A stretch of DNA of 64,000 nt from Candidatus Aenigmatarchaeota archaeon (GCA_016187415.1 JACPJT010000007.1:1289-65288); one strand, 5' to 3'. Numbered from the stretch's first letter, positions 36,133 through 46,514 are shown. Notes: generated from the sequence alone by a model not told the origin. A program made the numbers and translations.

Positions 36133-38853
36133 ATGGAACTAGATTTTCAGCTTCTCGACTGCGATTATATAAACTTAGGTAATAAGCCAGTTGTGAGGCT
36201 CTTCGGAAAAACTAAAGATGGTAAATCAGTATGCGTATTTTTCAGGAATTACAGCCCATATTTTTATGTGTTACCAAAAAACAACTTTGAAAAAATAGAA
36301 GAGATGATAACAAAAAAATTCACTGGTCTCGTGACAAAAATAGAGAATGTTCAAAAGTTCCTCCCTAAAGGGTATCAAGTACAGAAGCAATCTATTTTGA
36401 AAATAACATTGAACGACCCATCAAGAGTACCGGAAGTACGGGATTCACTGCAGTCAGAAAAACTAGTGGAAGGCGTTTACGAGGCCGACATACTCTTCAA
36501 ATATAGGTTTATGGCAGATTTTAACATATCTGGCTTCAACTGGATAAGAGCTACAGGTATACAAACACGGACATCCACAGTGAAAGTTGATATTGTTGTA
36601 GAGGCGACAGAACTTAAAGAAATCGACAATTTCAGAAATGTTGACTTGAAATACATGTCTTTTGATATAGAAACAATTTCAGAGGAGGGTGCACCGGATC
36701 CCAGAAAAGATATAATCGGAATGATTAGCATATCGTTTTCACCACATTACAATTCACAAACATCTCTTGTTATAGTATCGAAAATCTCCCCTAAACTAAA
36801 CAAAAACATTAAAGTTTTTCAAAACGAAAAGGAAATGTTACAAGAGTTCCTACAAATTTTGGAAAATTATGACCCAGATGTATTGGTCGGTTATAACATA
36901 AACAATTTCGACTTACCATACATACTTTCTAGACTAAAGGAAAATAATTTACATCAGATGCTCGGCAGATGCAAGCAAAAACCTATGATATCCCGAAAGA
37001 TTGGTGTGCAATACAGAAATGTTGCAGTCGGCAGAATAATCGTGGATGCATACGAATTGATCAAGGAATCTATCAGGAAAGGAAATCTCAGACTTAAAAG
37101 GCTTGGCTTGGGTGATGTATCAAAAGAATTGTTAAACGACACAAAAATGGATATTTCACACAGCGAAATATTCGGCCATTGGCATGGAGAGAGTGAGCAA
37201 GTAGCAAAACTTATCGAGTATGCACGAAAAGACTCAGATCTCGCGCTAAGGTTAGTCCTAGAGAAAGGATTTCTTGACAAGTTTTTCGAACTAGGAAAGG
37301 TTTCAGGGCTTGTTTTACAAGATTGTTTGGATGGTGGCGAGGCACAGAGAGTTGAAAACATCTTGTTGAAAGAATTTGACAAAAATGAGTATGTTCTACC
37401 ATGTAAACCGCGCGAAGAGATGCTGGAAACAGAGGAAATGCAAGAACTTAAGGGTGCACTTGTCTTAGAACCGAAGATCGGTTTGCATACAGATCCGATT
37501 GTATATCTTGACTTCAAGTCAATGTACCCGTCAATTTTTATTGCATACAACATTTGTCCGACAACTCTAATGACGAACGAGAATATGAATGTGGAATCAA
37601 TAACAACGCCTTACGGTACAAAATTTGTTTCCAAATCTGTGAAAACAGGAATCATGCCAACAATACTCAAAAAATTAATCGACGAAAGGGATAAAGTACG
37701 TGCAGAAGAGAAAAAAAGTACTGAAAAAGAAGTCAAACGCCTGCTTGAGGCAAAACAGATAGCGCTAAAAATAATGACCAATGCATTTTACGGATATACG
37801 GGTTATTTGCGTGCTAGGTTATACATTCCAGCTATAGCCAACACAATAACAGGTTGTGGTAGATTTCTAATAAACAAAACAAAACACATCATTGAAGAGA
37901 AGACAGGTTATGAAGTTGTTTATGGCGACACCGATTCTATAATGGTAAAGATTAAAACCGATGCAATAGAAACAGCGTTCGATATAGGTAAAAATTTGGA
38001 GTCCCTGGTAAATACGGAATTGACAGGAATAATACAAATGAAGATTGAAAAAATATTCAAATCACTCCTGATTCTTTCAAAAAAACGTTATACCGGGTTA
38101 GCTTACGAAAAATCAAACGGCGAATGGAAAGAAGATTTGGTAATGAAAGGTATTGAAACTGTTAGAAGAGATTGGTGCAACGCGGCTACAAAAACACTTT
38201 TTGAAGTTTTGAATATTTTATTGCGTGAACAAAACCCCAAAAAAGCATTCATATACATCAAAGACTATGTATCAAAACTTGAAAGAAATGAAATACCAAT
38301 AGACGATCTAATCATAACAAAAAGTATTTCCAAATCACTTTCGGCATACAAGGGTATGCAGCCTCATGTAGAGCTTGTTAAAAAAATGAAAAAGAGGAAT
38401 GGCACGGCTCCAGGTGTAGGTGATAGAGTGGGTTTTGTTATTGTGAAAGGAATGCAACTATTATCACAACGATCGGAAGATCCAGAGTTCGTAACTGCTA
38501 ACAAAATACCACTAGATTCAAAATATTATCTCGAAAGCCAAATATTACCACCCTTGGAAAGGGTGTTTGAAGTTATAGGAATTAGCAAATCTGAACTGAT
38601 GGGCATCGGGAGGCAAACTTTGTTGAAAGAACTTTTTGGAAATAATCATCGTGTTAACGGCACAACAAATGATGTTAAGGAATCCATAGACAGTTTCGAC
38701 GGGTTCGTCTGCAGTAAATGTAATAAATTCTATCGTAGGATACCACTTATAGGAAAGTGTCTTGAATGTCAAGGTGAGATTTTATTTTCTTCGCCCCAGG
38801 GCAAATCACGGAATCTAATGGCCTATACATATGGTAACAATTTAAAGGTTTAA
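36133..38853 (+). CDS. polB: family B DNA polymerase with intact exo and pol motifs and a C-terminal CxxC-x12-CxxC zinc finger
   Basis: 906 aa. Exo I FDIET, Exo II YNINNFDLPY, Exo III YARKDSD. Pol motif A DFKSMYPSI, motif B KIMTNAFYGYTGY, motif C VYGDTDS. C-terminal CSKCNKFYRRIPLIGKCLEC. Confidence 0.95.
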   Translation: MELDFQLLDCDYINLGNKPVVRLFGKTKDGKSVCVFFRNYSPYFYVLPKNNFEKIEEMITKKFTGLVTKIENVQKFLPKGYQVQKQSILKITLNDPSRVPEVRDSLQSEKLVEGVYEADILFKYRFMADFNISGFNWIRATGIQTRTSTVKVDIVVEATELKEIDNFRNVDLKYMSFDIETISEEGAPDPRKDIIGMISISFSPHYNSQTSLVIVSKISPKLNKNIKVFQNEKEMLQEFLQILENYDPDVLVGYNINNFDLPYILSRLKENNLHQMLGRCKQKPMISRKIGVQYRNVAVGRIIVDAYELIKESIRKGNLRLKRLGLGDVSKELLNDTKMDISHSEIFGHWHGESEQVAKLIEYARKDSDLALRLVLEKGFLDKFFELGKVSGLVLQDCLDGGEAQRVENILLKEFDKNEYVLPCKPREEMLETEEMQELKGALVLEPKIGLHTDPIVYLDFKSMYPSIFIAYNICPTTLMTNENMNVESITTPYGTKFVSKSVKTGIMPTILKKLIDERDKVRAEEKKSTEKEVKRLLEAKQIALKIMTNAFYGYTGYLRARLYIPAIANTITGCGRFLINKTKHIIEEKTGYEVVYGDTDSIMVKIKTDAIETAFDIGKNLESLVNTELTGIIQMKIEKIFKSLLILSKKRYTGLAYEKSNGEWKEDLVMKGIETVRRDWCNAATKTLFEVLNILLREQNPKKAFIYIKDYVSKLERNEIPIDDLIITKSISKSLSAYKGMQPHVELVKKMKKRNGTAPGVGDRVGFVIVKGMQLLSQRSEDPEFVTANKIPLDSKYYLESQILPPLERVFEVIGISKSELMGIGRQTLLKELFGNNHRVNGTTNDVKESIDSFDGFVCSKCNKFYRRIPLIGKCLECQGEILFSSPQGKSRNLMAYTYGNNLKV

Positions 38854-38876
38854 CTACACCCTTATTTAGGGATTAT

Positions 38877-39416
38877 ATGGAACAAATTATCGATACACCA
38901 ATTGAAGGATTGAAAATAAAATTAGGCAAAGTAGTCCCCGATGAAAGGGGGTTCTTAGCAGAATTATCACCAACAGGTATTCAACATACATTCTTCAGCG
39001 CCGGTATAAAGAACATATACATATCAACTTCTACAGGCAAACATATTCACAGAGCAGAACATATTCACAAAAGGAATACAGAAAATTTCTATACCATATC
39101 AGGAACAGCATTATGGGTTTTTGTCGATTTTAGAAAAGATTCCCCAACATTCAACAAAGTTTATTCCGTTGTTTTGGGGTCAAACGTGCCGCAATTTAAT
39201 ACTAATGACGATGTTTACACAATAGACAAAGGAAAAATGGCTCAGTTGCTCGTTCCGAAAGGCGTCTTTCATATTTATTGGCAATTGACAGATGATGCGG
39301 TAAGAGTTCTCGCGTTGGCATCAGAACCTTATGATAAAGACGATTATGAAAGAATTGATTTCAAAACAATACCCGAAATAGTTAAAAAGCTGAATGAGTA
39401 TGGAATAATGGTTTAA
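38877..39416 (+). CDS. rmlC: dTDP-4-dehydrorhamnose 3,5-epimerase-like cupin (RmlC family)
   Basis: 179 aa, RmlC-like N-terminus (IEGLKIKLGKVVPDERGFLAEL). Confidence 0.7.
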   Translation: MEQIIDTPIEGLKIKLGKVVPDERGFLAELSPTGIQHTFFSAGIKNIYISTSTGKHIHRAEHIHKRNTENFYTISGTALWVFVDFRKDSPTFNKVYSVVLGSNVPQFNTNDDVYTIDKGKMAQLLVPKGVFHIYWQLTDDAVRVLALASEPYDKDDYERIDFKTIPEIVKKLNEYGIMV

Positions 39417-40375
39417 TGAACTCTAAGAAAATTCTGATCACAGGCGGTTGTGGATTTATAGGAACAAATTTTACCCATCACATCGTAGAAAAATATCCCG
39501 ACTATGAAGTAATAGTCTTGGATAAATTGACATATGCTGGCAAAAAGGAAAACCTCGATGATATCATAAATAAAATAACATTTATACACGGTGATATCTG
39601 CAATAAATCAGATGTTGAAAAAGCCACAAAGGATGTTGACATGATTGTTAATTTCGCGGCAGAAAGTCATGTCGATAAGAGCATAGTAGATTCGGAACCA
39701 TTTATTTTGACAGAGGTCTTGGGTGTTAATAGGCTTCTTGAAGCTGTTAAAAAATTTAATGTTGAAAAGTTTGTCCAAATATCTACAGACGAAGTTTATG
39801 GGACTATAGAATCCGGTTCTTTCAAAGAAACAGATCCATTGGATCCAAGGAATCCTTATGCAGCATGTAAAGCATCTCAAGAATTATTAACAAGAAGTTA
39901 TTTCGAGACATTTAATTTACCGATTCTCATTACAAGAACGACAAATAATTACGGGTCATTTCAAAATTCCGAAAAGTTTATTCCAAAAATTATAAGTAAT
40001 GCATTGCAGAATGTACCCATTCCATTGTATGGTGATGGACAACAAGTCAGGGATTGGATATACGTTATGGATAATTGTGAGGCAATTGATTTGGTATTAC
40101 ACAAAGGAAAACTTGGTAAAGTGTATAACATACGTGGAAATAACGAAAAAAGAAATATAGATGTGGCTAAAATAATTCTAAAGATTCTAGATAAACCAGA
40201 AAGTCTGATAACTTTTGTTGCTGACAGACTCGGGCATGACAGACGATATTCTCTGGATGGTTCAAAAATCAAAAAGGAGCTGTCTTGGGAGTCCAGTACA
40301 AAATTCGAAGATGGCATAAGAAAAACAATAGAATGGTACAGGAATAACACATCGTGGTGGCTATCTAAAAACTAG
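39416..40375 (+). CDS. rmlB: dTDP-glucose 4,6-dehydratase (RmlB)
   Basis: 319 aa, TGGCGFIG Rossmann, YAACKASQE catalytic YxxxK, RmlB-like C-terminus. Confidence 0.85.
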   Translation: MNSKKILITGGCGFIGTNFTHHIVEKYPDYEVIVLDKLTYAGKKENLDDIINKITFIHGDICNKSDVEKATKDVDMIVNFAAESHVDKSIVDSEPFILTEVLGVNRLLEAVKKFNVEKFVQISTDEVYGTIESGSFKETDPLDPRNPYAACKASQELLTRSYFETFNLPILITRTTNNYGSFQNSEKFIPKIISNALQNVPIPLYGDGQQVRDWIYVMDNCEAIDLVLHKGKLGKVYNIRGNNEKRNIDVAKIILKILDKPESLITFVADRLGHDRRYSLDGSKIKKELSWESSTKFEDGIRKTIEWYRNNTSWWLSKN

Positions 40376-40418
40376 TTATATAATATCTTTAAGAATCTTC
40401 TTGGCATAGATTGTTGAT

Positions 40419-41624
40419 ATGGAGACAATAACTATTGTGGGATTGGGATATGTAGGATTGCCTTTAGCATTGGCGTTATCATCAAAGGGATTCAAAGTAT
40501 ACGGGTATGACATATCAGAGTCGAGGATTACAGCCATAAATAATGGCAATTACGGAAATGTCGATACAAGTTTTACAGGTCAAAAAATAACTGCTACTAC
40601 AGATCCTAAAGAATGCATACCAGTCTCCGATTTCGTAATTGTTTGTGTACCAACGCCACTTAATGATAAAAAGGAGCCAAATATGAGTTTTGTAATAGAT
40701 GCTATTGGTAAAGTGAGTGAGAATTTAAAGGATGGAGCAACAGTCATCCTTGAAAGCACAACATACCCAGGCACCACTGAAGAATTGATAAAACCGATGT
40801 TGGATAAATCTAATAAGAAATTTTATCTTGGATACTCGCCAGAAAGGATAAGTCCTGGTGAGAAAGACCATCCTTTAGAAAAAATAACAAAAATCATATC
40901 TGGTATAAATGATGAAAGCCTGAGGAAAGTTGAATATCTCTATTCTCATATCATAGAAAAATTGATTAGAGTCAAGTCACCAAAGACCGCAGAAGCAGCA
41001 AAGCTTCTGGAGAATGTTTTCAGGGCAGTTAATATATCATTAGTAAATGAGTTGGCCATAATTTTTGAGAAAATTGGAATAAACATATACGAAGTTATTG
41101 ACGCGGCTAAAACAAAACCCATGGGATTTATGCCATTCTACCCAGGTCCTGGTGTCGGTGGTGACTGTATACCAGTCAGTCCGATGTATTTAGCATGGAA
41201 AGCCAAACAAGTTGGCATGGAAAGCAGTTTTATTTCCCTTGTCAATGAAACAAACGCTAAAATAGCGGATCATGTAATCAGTAAAATAAAAAACAATATG
41301 AAAGACGGCTCCAAAATTTTGGTCTTAGGCGTTTCCTATAAGAAAGGAGTCGGAGATATAAGAAATACACCAGCTGAGCAAATAATTAAAAAAATAGATT
41401 CGAAGGTTGATTTTTACGATCCGTATATCGATACGTTTTTAGGCATAAAACGAGTAGACAATCCAATTATTGGAAACTATGATTGTATAGTGATTTTGAC
41501 TGACCATGACGAATTCAAAAATATTAATTTTTCGGATTTCAAAGGGGTAGTAATCGATACAAGGAATTTCTTCAAAGAAAGATATCCCGTGAATTATATC
41601 GGTCTAGGTAAGGGCACTATATAA
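40419..41624 (+). CDS. UDP-sugar 6-dehydrogenase family (UDP-glucose / UDP-ManNAc dehydrogenase)
   Basis: 401 aa, N-terminal GLGYVGLP NAD motif and catalytic Cys region (GGDCIP). Confidence 0.85.
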   Translation: METITIVGLGYVGLPLALALSSKGFKVYGYDISESRITAINNGNYGNVDTSFTGQKITATTDPKECIPVSDFVIVCVPTPLNDKKEPNMSFVIDAIGKVSENLKDGATVILESTTYPGTTEELIKPMLDKSNKKFYLGYSPERISPGEKDHPLEKITKIISGINDESLRKVEYLYSHIIEKLIRVKSPKTAEAAKLLENVFRAVNISLVNELAIIFEKIGINIYEVIDAAKTKPMGFMPFYPGPGVGGDCIPVSPMYLAWKAKQVGMESSFISLVNETNAKIADHVISKIKNNMKDGSKILVLGVSYKKGVGDIRNTPAEQIIKKIDSKVDFYDPYIDTFLGIKRVDNPIIGNYDCIVILTDHDEFKNINFSDFKGVVIDTRNFFKERYPVNYIGLGKGTI

Positions 41625-41626
41625 TA

Positions 41627-42553
41627 TCAGACAACAATCTCCTCAAAATATCTCACAATTGTAATCTCCTTAATTCTTGGCATATCTAGTTTTTTCGAAT
41701 CTAAAAGATCCAGCGTCATTTCAGGGATATTTGCCCCAGCCAATGTAGAGAATATAGAACCGCCGCCAAACCTAGGATTCAATTCTAATATTCTAGGCAC
41801 ACCATTTCCATCTTCTTTCATTTGTATACAAGCAGGTCCAATAATTCCAAGATGATTTAGCAAATCCTCAGATAATTTTTGTATGTTTTTATCCAAAACG
41901 ATTCTACCTTTTGTGGATATGCCCGCTTTCGTTTCCAACCGTATTCTAGGTACAGTTACCAATGATTTACCATCAAGATTGGACAACGTGTCAATGGTAT
42001 ACTCTCTTCCCGGTAACAATTCTTGGAAAATCATTTCGCTAAATTTAGAATTTACATATTTGATATCATTCTTTGTATTACATACGATAACATCTCTTCC
42101 ACCTTTTCCATGTAGTGGTTTTGCTATGCATGGCAACACAATGTCTGCATGATTTTTTGATGTCCTAGGCATGTCAAATTTATTTTCAAGTTCCTCGAAG
42201 AATTTCAATTTGTCTGTACATTTTTCTATTACGTCGTAGTTGTTCACAACTATCGATACGCCCATTTTTGATATATCATCCTTATGCTTGCTATACGGAA
42301 AAATATCAAATCCAGATGTAGGTAAAATTGTATCAATATTTTCTTTTTTTATTATTTTTTTGGCGGCATCTATGAATTTTGGATCTTTTGCTTCAGGTAC
42401 CGTATAACCTCTGTTAGTGAGAAAAAATCCAGCCGACAACTCATTAGAGTCAGTCGAAATAATTTTCCCACGAAATCCACACAGCTTCAAGGATTTTATA
42501 ACTGAAATTGCCGCCGGTCCGCCAGCTCCGGGTATTAAAATCGTTCTGTCCAA
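41627..42553 (-). CDS. ATP-grasp domain ligase
   Basis: 308 aa, ATP-grasp pattern (CIAKPLHGKGGRDV ... ILELNPRFGGG). Confidence 0.7.
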   Translation of the reverse strand: MDRTILIPGAGGPAAISVIKSLKLCGFRGKIISTDSNELSAGFFLTNRGYTVPEAKDPKFIDAAKKIIKKENIDTILPTSGFDIFPYSKHKDDISKMGVSIVVNNYDVIEKCTDKLKFFEELENKFDMPRTSKNHADIVLPCIAKPLHGKGGRDVIVCNTKNDIKYVNSKFSEMIFQELLPGREYTIDTLSNLDGKSLVTVPRIRLETKAGISTKGRIVLDKNIQKLSEDLLNHLGIIGPACIQMKEDGNGVPRILELNPRFGGGSIFSTLAGANIPEMTLDLLDSKKLDMPRIKEITIVRYFEEIVV

Positions 42554-42557
42554 GTCA

Positions 42558-43187
42558 TCACCATTTCTTGATTCTTATTATCTCGAAAACTTCCGCATAT
42601 TTCTTGCCTATAAAATATCCATTATATGCCGCTCTACCGCGTAATGCTTCTATCAATTTATCACCATATTTTTTTACTTGGGAGAAATGCATATTCAGCG
42701 CCTTTATTTTATCTTCGAATTGCCCAGTTACATCAACAAACAATTGAGCTTTAAATGAAGCATTTGTTATAGTCCCAGGTATTGTCCTTTCATACATCAA
42801 AATGTCCATGTCATTGTTTCTTGATGCAGATATTACCGACTGCGTTAATTTAATATGGTCTTGATGAGAATCTCCTAACCAGTGCGTAAAAACGGTATCT
42901 GGTTTTATCCTAACCATTATTTCATCAATCTTACCTATTAGTTTCCTATTGAAATCCAATTGATGTGGATCATCAACTAGTATAATTGGTTTATTTTTGG
43001 AAAAACATCTCGCAGATTCTTCAGCTTCTTTCAATCTCGTTTCAACTGTGCTCGCATCACCTGGCACAGTGCCTATAACAGGGTATATATCATAATTCTC
43101 TTCGTGCAACTTTACTAGAGTACCCCCCGCACCGATTTCCATATCATCAGGATGTGCACCAAATACCAATATAGTACCCTTTACCAT
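42558..43187 (-). CDS. PIG-L/LmbE family deacetylase (second copy)
   Basis: 209 aa, GAHPDDMEIGAGG and HQDH motifs. Confidence 0.8.
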   Translation of the reverse strand: MVKGTILVFGAHPDDMEIGAGGTLVKLHEENYDIYPVIGTVPGDASTVETRLKEAEESARCFSKNKPIILVDDPHQLDFNRKLIGKIDEIMVRIKPDTVFTHWLGDSHQDHIKLTQSVISASRNNDMDILMYERTIPGTITNASFKAQLFVDVTGQFEDKIKALNMHFSQVKKYGDKLIEALRGRAAYNGYFIGKKYAEVFEIIRIKKW

Positions 43188-43274
43188 ACTTTAAATCTGG
43201 TCTGGCAAGCTTTAAAAGCATTCAACAATTATATAGGATTAAGATCTGGAAATGAGCTAAATGTTGGTGAAATC

Positions 43275-44273
43275 ATGAATATTGAAGTAGTCGATTCGGT
43301 TGATGAGGTTGAATGGAACAATGCATTAAAAAAATATAATTTTTCTATGCTCCAATCGCACGAATTTTCTAAATTTGTCAGCGACTCATCAAAATACATT
43401 GTAGCACGCGATAATAGCGGAGAGATTGTTGGTGGGCTGACTTACCATATTGTAAATTTCATCTTTACTAATGTAGCTCAGACTCACGCCCCGCCATTCG
43501 GCATCAATGACGAAATTAAAACACAGGTGCTCAAAGAGTTCAAAAAGTTGCATTATAAAATAAAAATTGTCAACACGTCCTTTTTCGACGAAAAAGAAAA
43601 CATAAAAATATTCACAGATTCTGGGTTTTTACCCACTGAAAAAGGCACTGTAGTTGTAGATTTGAAGAGGGATTTAGATCAGTTATGGAAGAATATTGAT
43701 AAAAAGCGTCGGTATGATATAAAACAGTCAGAGAAATTGGGAGTAAAAATCAGCGAACAGACAGCCAATCCGTTGGCATGGAAAGATTTTTGTAAAATCT
43801 ATTTCAATGCAAGTAAGGAGTGGAATGGTGTACCATTAGAAGAAAGCTACTTCTCCCAGTTCCAAAAATATTTAGTACCTAGTGGATTAGCAAAACTTTT
43901 TCTAGCTGAATATAATAATCAGTTCGTATCGGGCGCTATTGTTACAATTTCTGGCAACATATTAACATTTTTGATTAATGCAACTGATCCTTCCATGAAA
44001 AATACAAAAGCCAATAGTCTTCTAGTGTGGGAACTGATAAAATACGGAAAATGTGAAAATTTCACTTATTTTGACCTATGCGGTTATGATTTACATGCCA
44101 AGAAAGGTGAGAAACAATTTAGTATAAGTATGTTTAAGGCGAGTTTCGGCGGTGTAATTAAACGGTATAATAAATTTTCAAGTTCCAAGTTGTTTATTAT
44201 ACTTAGAAAATTCTACAATAAACTGCGAATAATAAATAAACTTTATTCTTTTTTCAAAAAATCTAGAGTATAA
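43275..44273 (+). CDS. FemAB-family/GNAT-fold aminoacyl- or acyltransferase-like protein (start taken at MNIEVV; ORF track begins 43152)
   Basis: Two-GNAT-lobe architecture typical of FemABX-like transferases. Upstream ORF-track start overlaps the convergent deacetylase. Confidence 0.5.
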   Translation: MNIEVVDSVDEVEWNNALKKYNFSMLQSHEFSKFVSDSSKYIVARDNSGEIVGGLTYHIVNFIFTNVAQTHAPPFGINDEIKTQVLKEFKKLHYKIKIVNTSFFDEKENIKIFTDSGFLPTEKGTVVVDLKRDLDQLWKNIDKKRRYDIKQSEKLGVKISEQTANPLAWKDFCKIYFNASKEWNGVPLEESYFSQFQKYLVPSGLAKLFLAEYNNQFVSGAIVTISGNILTFLINATDPSMKNTKANSLLVWELIKYGKCENFTYFDLCGYDLHAKKGEKQFSISMFKASFGGVIKRYNKFSSSKLFIILRKFYNKLRIINKLYSFFKKSRV

Positions 44274-44275
44274 AA

Positions 44276-45190
44276 TTATTTTGTATTTTGTCGATACCAA
44301 TCTATTGTTAGTTTAAGAGCGTCTTTGAATGGAACCTTAGGTTTCCAATTCAATTCTTTTCGTATTTTAGAATTATCGCAAAACAACCTCATCGATCCTA
44401 TTACTTCTTTGTTCAATACATTTAAGCGTACACCCAATTTACTTGCGATTTCCTGTGCTATATCACCCACTCTCAGCTCTACGCCAGACCCTACATTCAA
44501 AGGTCCGCCAACAAAGTCGGATTCGGCCGCTTTTATGAAAGCATCCACAGTATCTTCTACGAAAGTAAAATCCCTAGTTGGTTTATCGTTCCAAATTTCT
44601 ATTTGTTTGGTTTTTAATGCTTGTAAAATCACTGTTGGTAAGAAATATTCAGGCTCTTGGCGTGGGCCAAAACAATTAAACAACCTGAAATAGACTACTG
44701 GTAAATTAAATCTTCTGATGAACAGTTCACACAAATCCTCGTCTATTTTTTTAGTAATGTTGTAAACAGAGTTGAGTTCCACAGGATGGTCTTCATTTAC
44801 AGGAAGATATTTCGGATATTTCCCGTACAAAAGTGCAGATGACGGAAAAATAACTTTCGATGCATGTGATTCCACAGCAAATCTAAGAACATTGTAAGTT
44901 CCTTGAACATTGGTTCTGAATGCAACATCAGGGTTTTCTTCGCATGATTTCGGTGCTGCGCATGCGGCTAAATGGAATATAAGATCGAACTTACCCAAAT
45001 CTTTAAATCGTGTCCAATCACTTATGTCGATAGTAATTGTTGATATACTTTTATTATTCTCTGTTTCTTTTGGGTGTTTAATATCAGCAACAGTGACATT
45101 ACACCCGATCTCCACCAGATTCTTTACCAAATGATAACCGATGAAACCTGAGCCGCCTGTCACCAAAACTTTACTATTTTCTAATTTCAT
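44276..45190 (-). CDS. NAD-dependent sugar epimerase/dehydratase (SDR)
   Basis: 304 aa, TGGSGFIG, YNITK catalytic YxxxK. Confidence 0.85.
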   Translation of the reverse strand: MKLENSKVLVTGGSGFIGYHLVKNLVEIGCNVTVADIKHPKETENNKSISTITIDISDWTRFKDLGKFDLIFHLAACAAPKSCEENPDVAFRTNVQGTYNVLRFAVESHASKVIFPSSALLYGKYPKYLPVNEDHPVELNSVYNITKKIDEDLCELFIRRFNLPVVYFRLFNCFGPRQEPEYFLPTVILQALKTKQIEIWNDKPTRDFTFVEDTVDAFIKAAESDFVGGPLNVGSGVELRVGDIAQEIASKLGVRLNVLNKEVIGSMRLFCDNSKIRKELNWKPKVPFKDALKLTIDWYRQNTK

Positions 45191-46464
45191 TAAACCATCT
45201 TAAGTTTCATGAATTCTTCTATAGAATTTGCAACATGTTCTCTTTCCTCTTTACCTATGTTTTGATGGTTACCGAAAAAGAATGAATTGTTCATTACAAG
45301 GTGAGAATTAGCTAGGTCACCAGCAACACGGTAATCAAGAACCTGTGACACGGGTTGTTCAACTATATTACCAGCCATTACTGGTCTAGTCTCAATTTTT
45401 TTATTTTCAAGAAATTCCATCATTTCCTTTCTTGTAAATGGAGCATTTGGTTTTATTGTTATGGGATAACAGAAACGGGAATGCCTTATACCACGTCTTT
45501 CTTGAGGTAGAGTCAAATAATCAGAAAATTTCTCAAAACTCTTATTCCAAAAATCAGCGTTTTCTCTTCTGATTTTTATAAATTCTTCTATTTTTGCCAT
45601 TTGGTGAATACCGAAACCTCCCTGCAGCTCCGTAGGTCTCAAATTATAACCCATACTAATAAACAAGAACCTGGGATCGATGTTGGGGTAACTTTTACTT
45701 ATTTCTTCTTTGTTTTTTAAATCCCTTATCCAACCAAATGTTCTCGCCTGTTTAGCAAACTCAAACAATTCTTCATCGTTTGTATTAACCATGCCACCTT
45801 CAATAGTTGTTATATGATGTGATATGAAAAAACTTGAAGTAGACAAGTTGCCAAAACTACCCGCTTTCTTGCCATCAACTTCAGCGCCGTAAGATTCGCA
45901 GTTGTCTTCTACAACAAAAAGATTATGATTTTGCGCAATTTCCATTATAGTTTTGATATCACATGGATTGCCCATCATGTGAACCGGCATTATGGCTTTC
46001 GTTTTGTCTGTTATCGCAGATTCTATTTTATTGACATCGATATCATAATCAGTTCCAACATCAACAAAAACAGGTTTCAAACCCACATTTAATATAGGGT
46101 ATACCGTAGTAGCCCATGTAATGGCAGGTGTTATAACTTCACTCCCTTTAGGGATTCGGTTCCTGAAAAGTGGGTTTGTTAGAATAGTCAGAGCTACCAG
46201 ATTAGCCGACGATCCAGAGTTAACCATAAGCCCATATTTTACACCAATGTAATCAGCAAAAATTCTTTCGAATTGCCCGACTTTTTTACCCATTGTCACC
46301 CATGTAGAAAGTAAGGACTCAATAGCTTCTATGACTTCTTTGTGACCGTAACTGGGGTATTGTAAAGGTACCTTTGTCACACCGGGTATGAACTCTGGTT
46401 TTTGCGATGAGAAATAAACTTCCACTATCTCGCTTATTTTAGATAAAGCCTCGTCTTTTTGCAT
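45190..46464 (-). CDS. DegT/DnrJ/EryC1/StrS-fold enzyme with His in place of the PLP lysine; ColD/E1-like sugar 3-dehydratase candidate
   Basis: 424 aa, SSFFISHHITTIEGG where aminotransferases carry SFxxxKxxxxGxGG. Confidence 0.7.
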   Translation of the reverse strand: MQKDEALSKISEIVEVYFSSQKPEFIPGVTKVPLQYPSYGHKEVIEAIESLLSTWVTMGKKVGQFERIFADYIGVKYGLMVNSGSSANLVALTILTNPLFRNRIPKGSEVITPAITWATTVYPILNVGLKPVFVDVGTDYDIDVNKIESAITDKTKAIMPVHMMGNPCDIKTIMEIAQNHNLFVVEDNCESYGAEVDGKKAGSFGNLSTSSFFISHHITTIEGGMVNTNDEELFEFAKQARTFGWIRDLKNKEEISKSYPNIDPRFLFISMGYNLRPTELQGGFGIHQMAKIEEFIKIRRENADFWNKSFEKFSDYLTLPQERRGIRHSRFCYPITIKPNAPFTRKEMMEFLENKKIETRPVMAGNIVEQPVSQVLDYRVAGDLANSHLVMNNSFFFGNHQNIGKEEREHVANSIEEFMKLKMV

Positions 46465-46514
46465 AGAACTATAATATACACTAAAAACTTAAACTTTATA
46501 CTGCATCTTAATTT

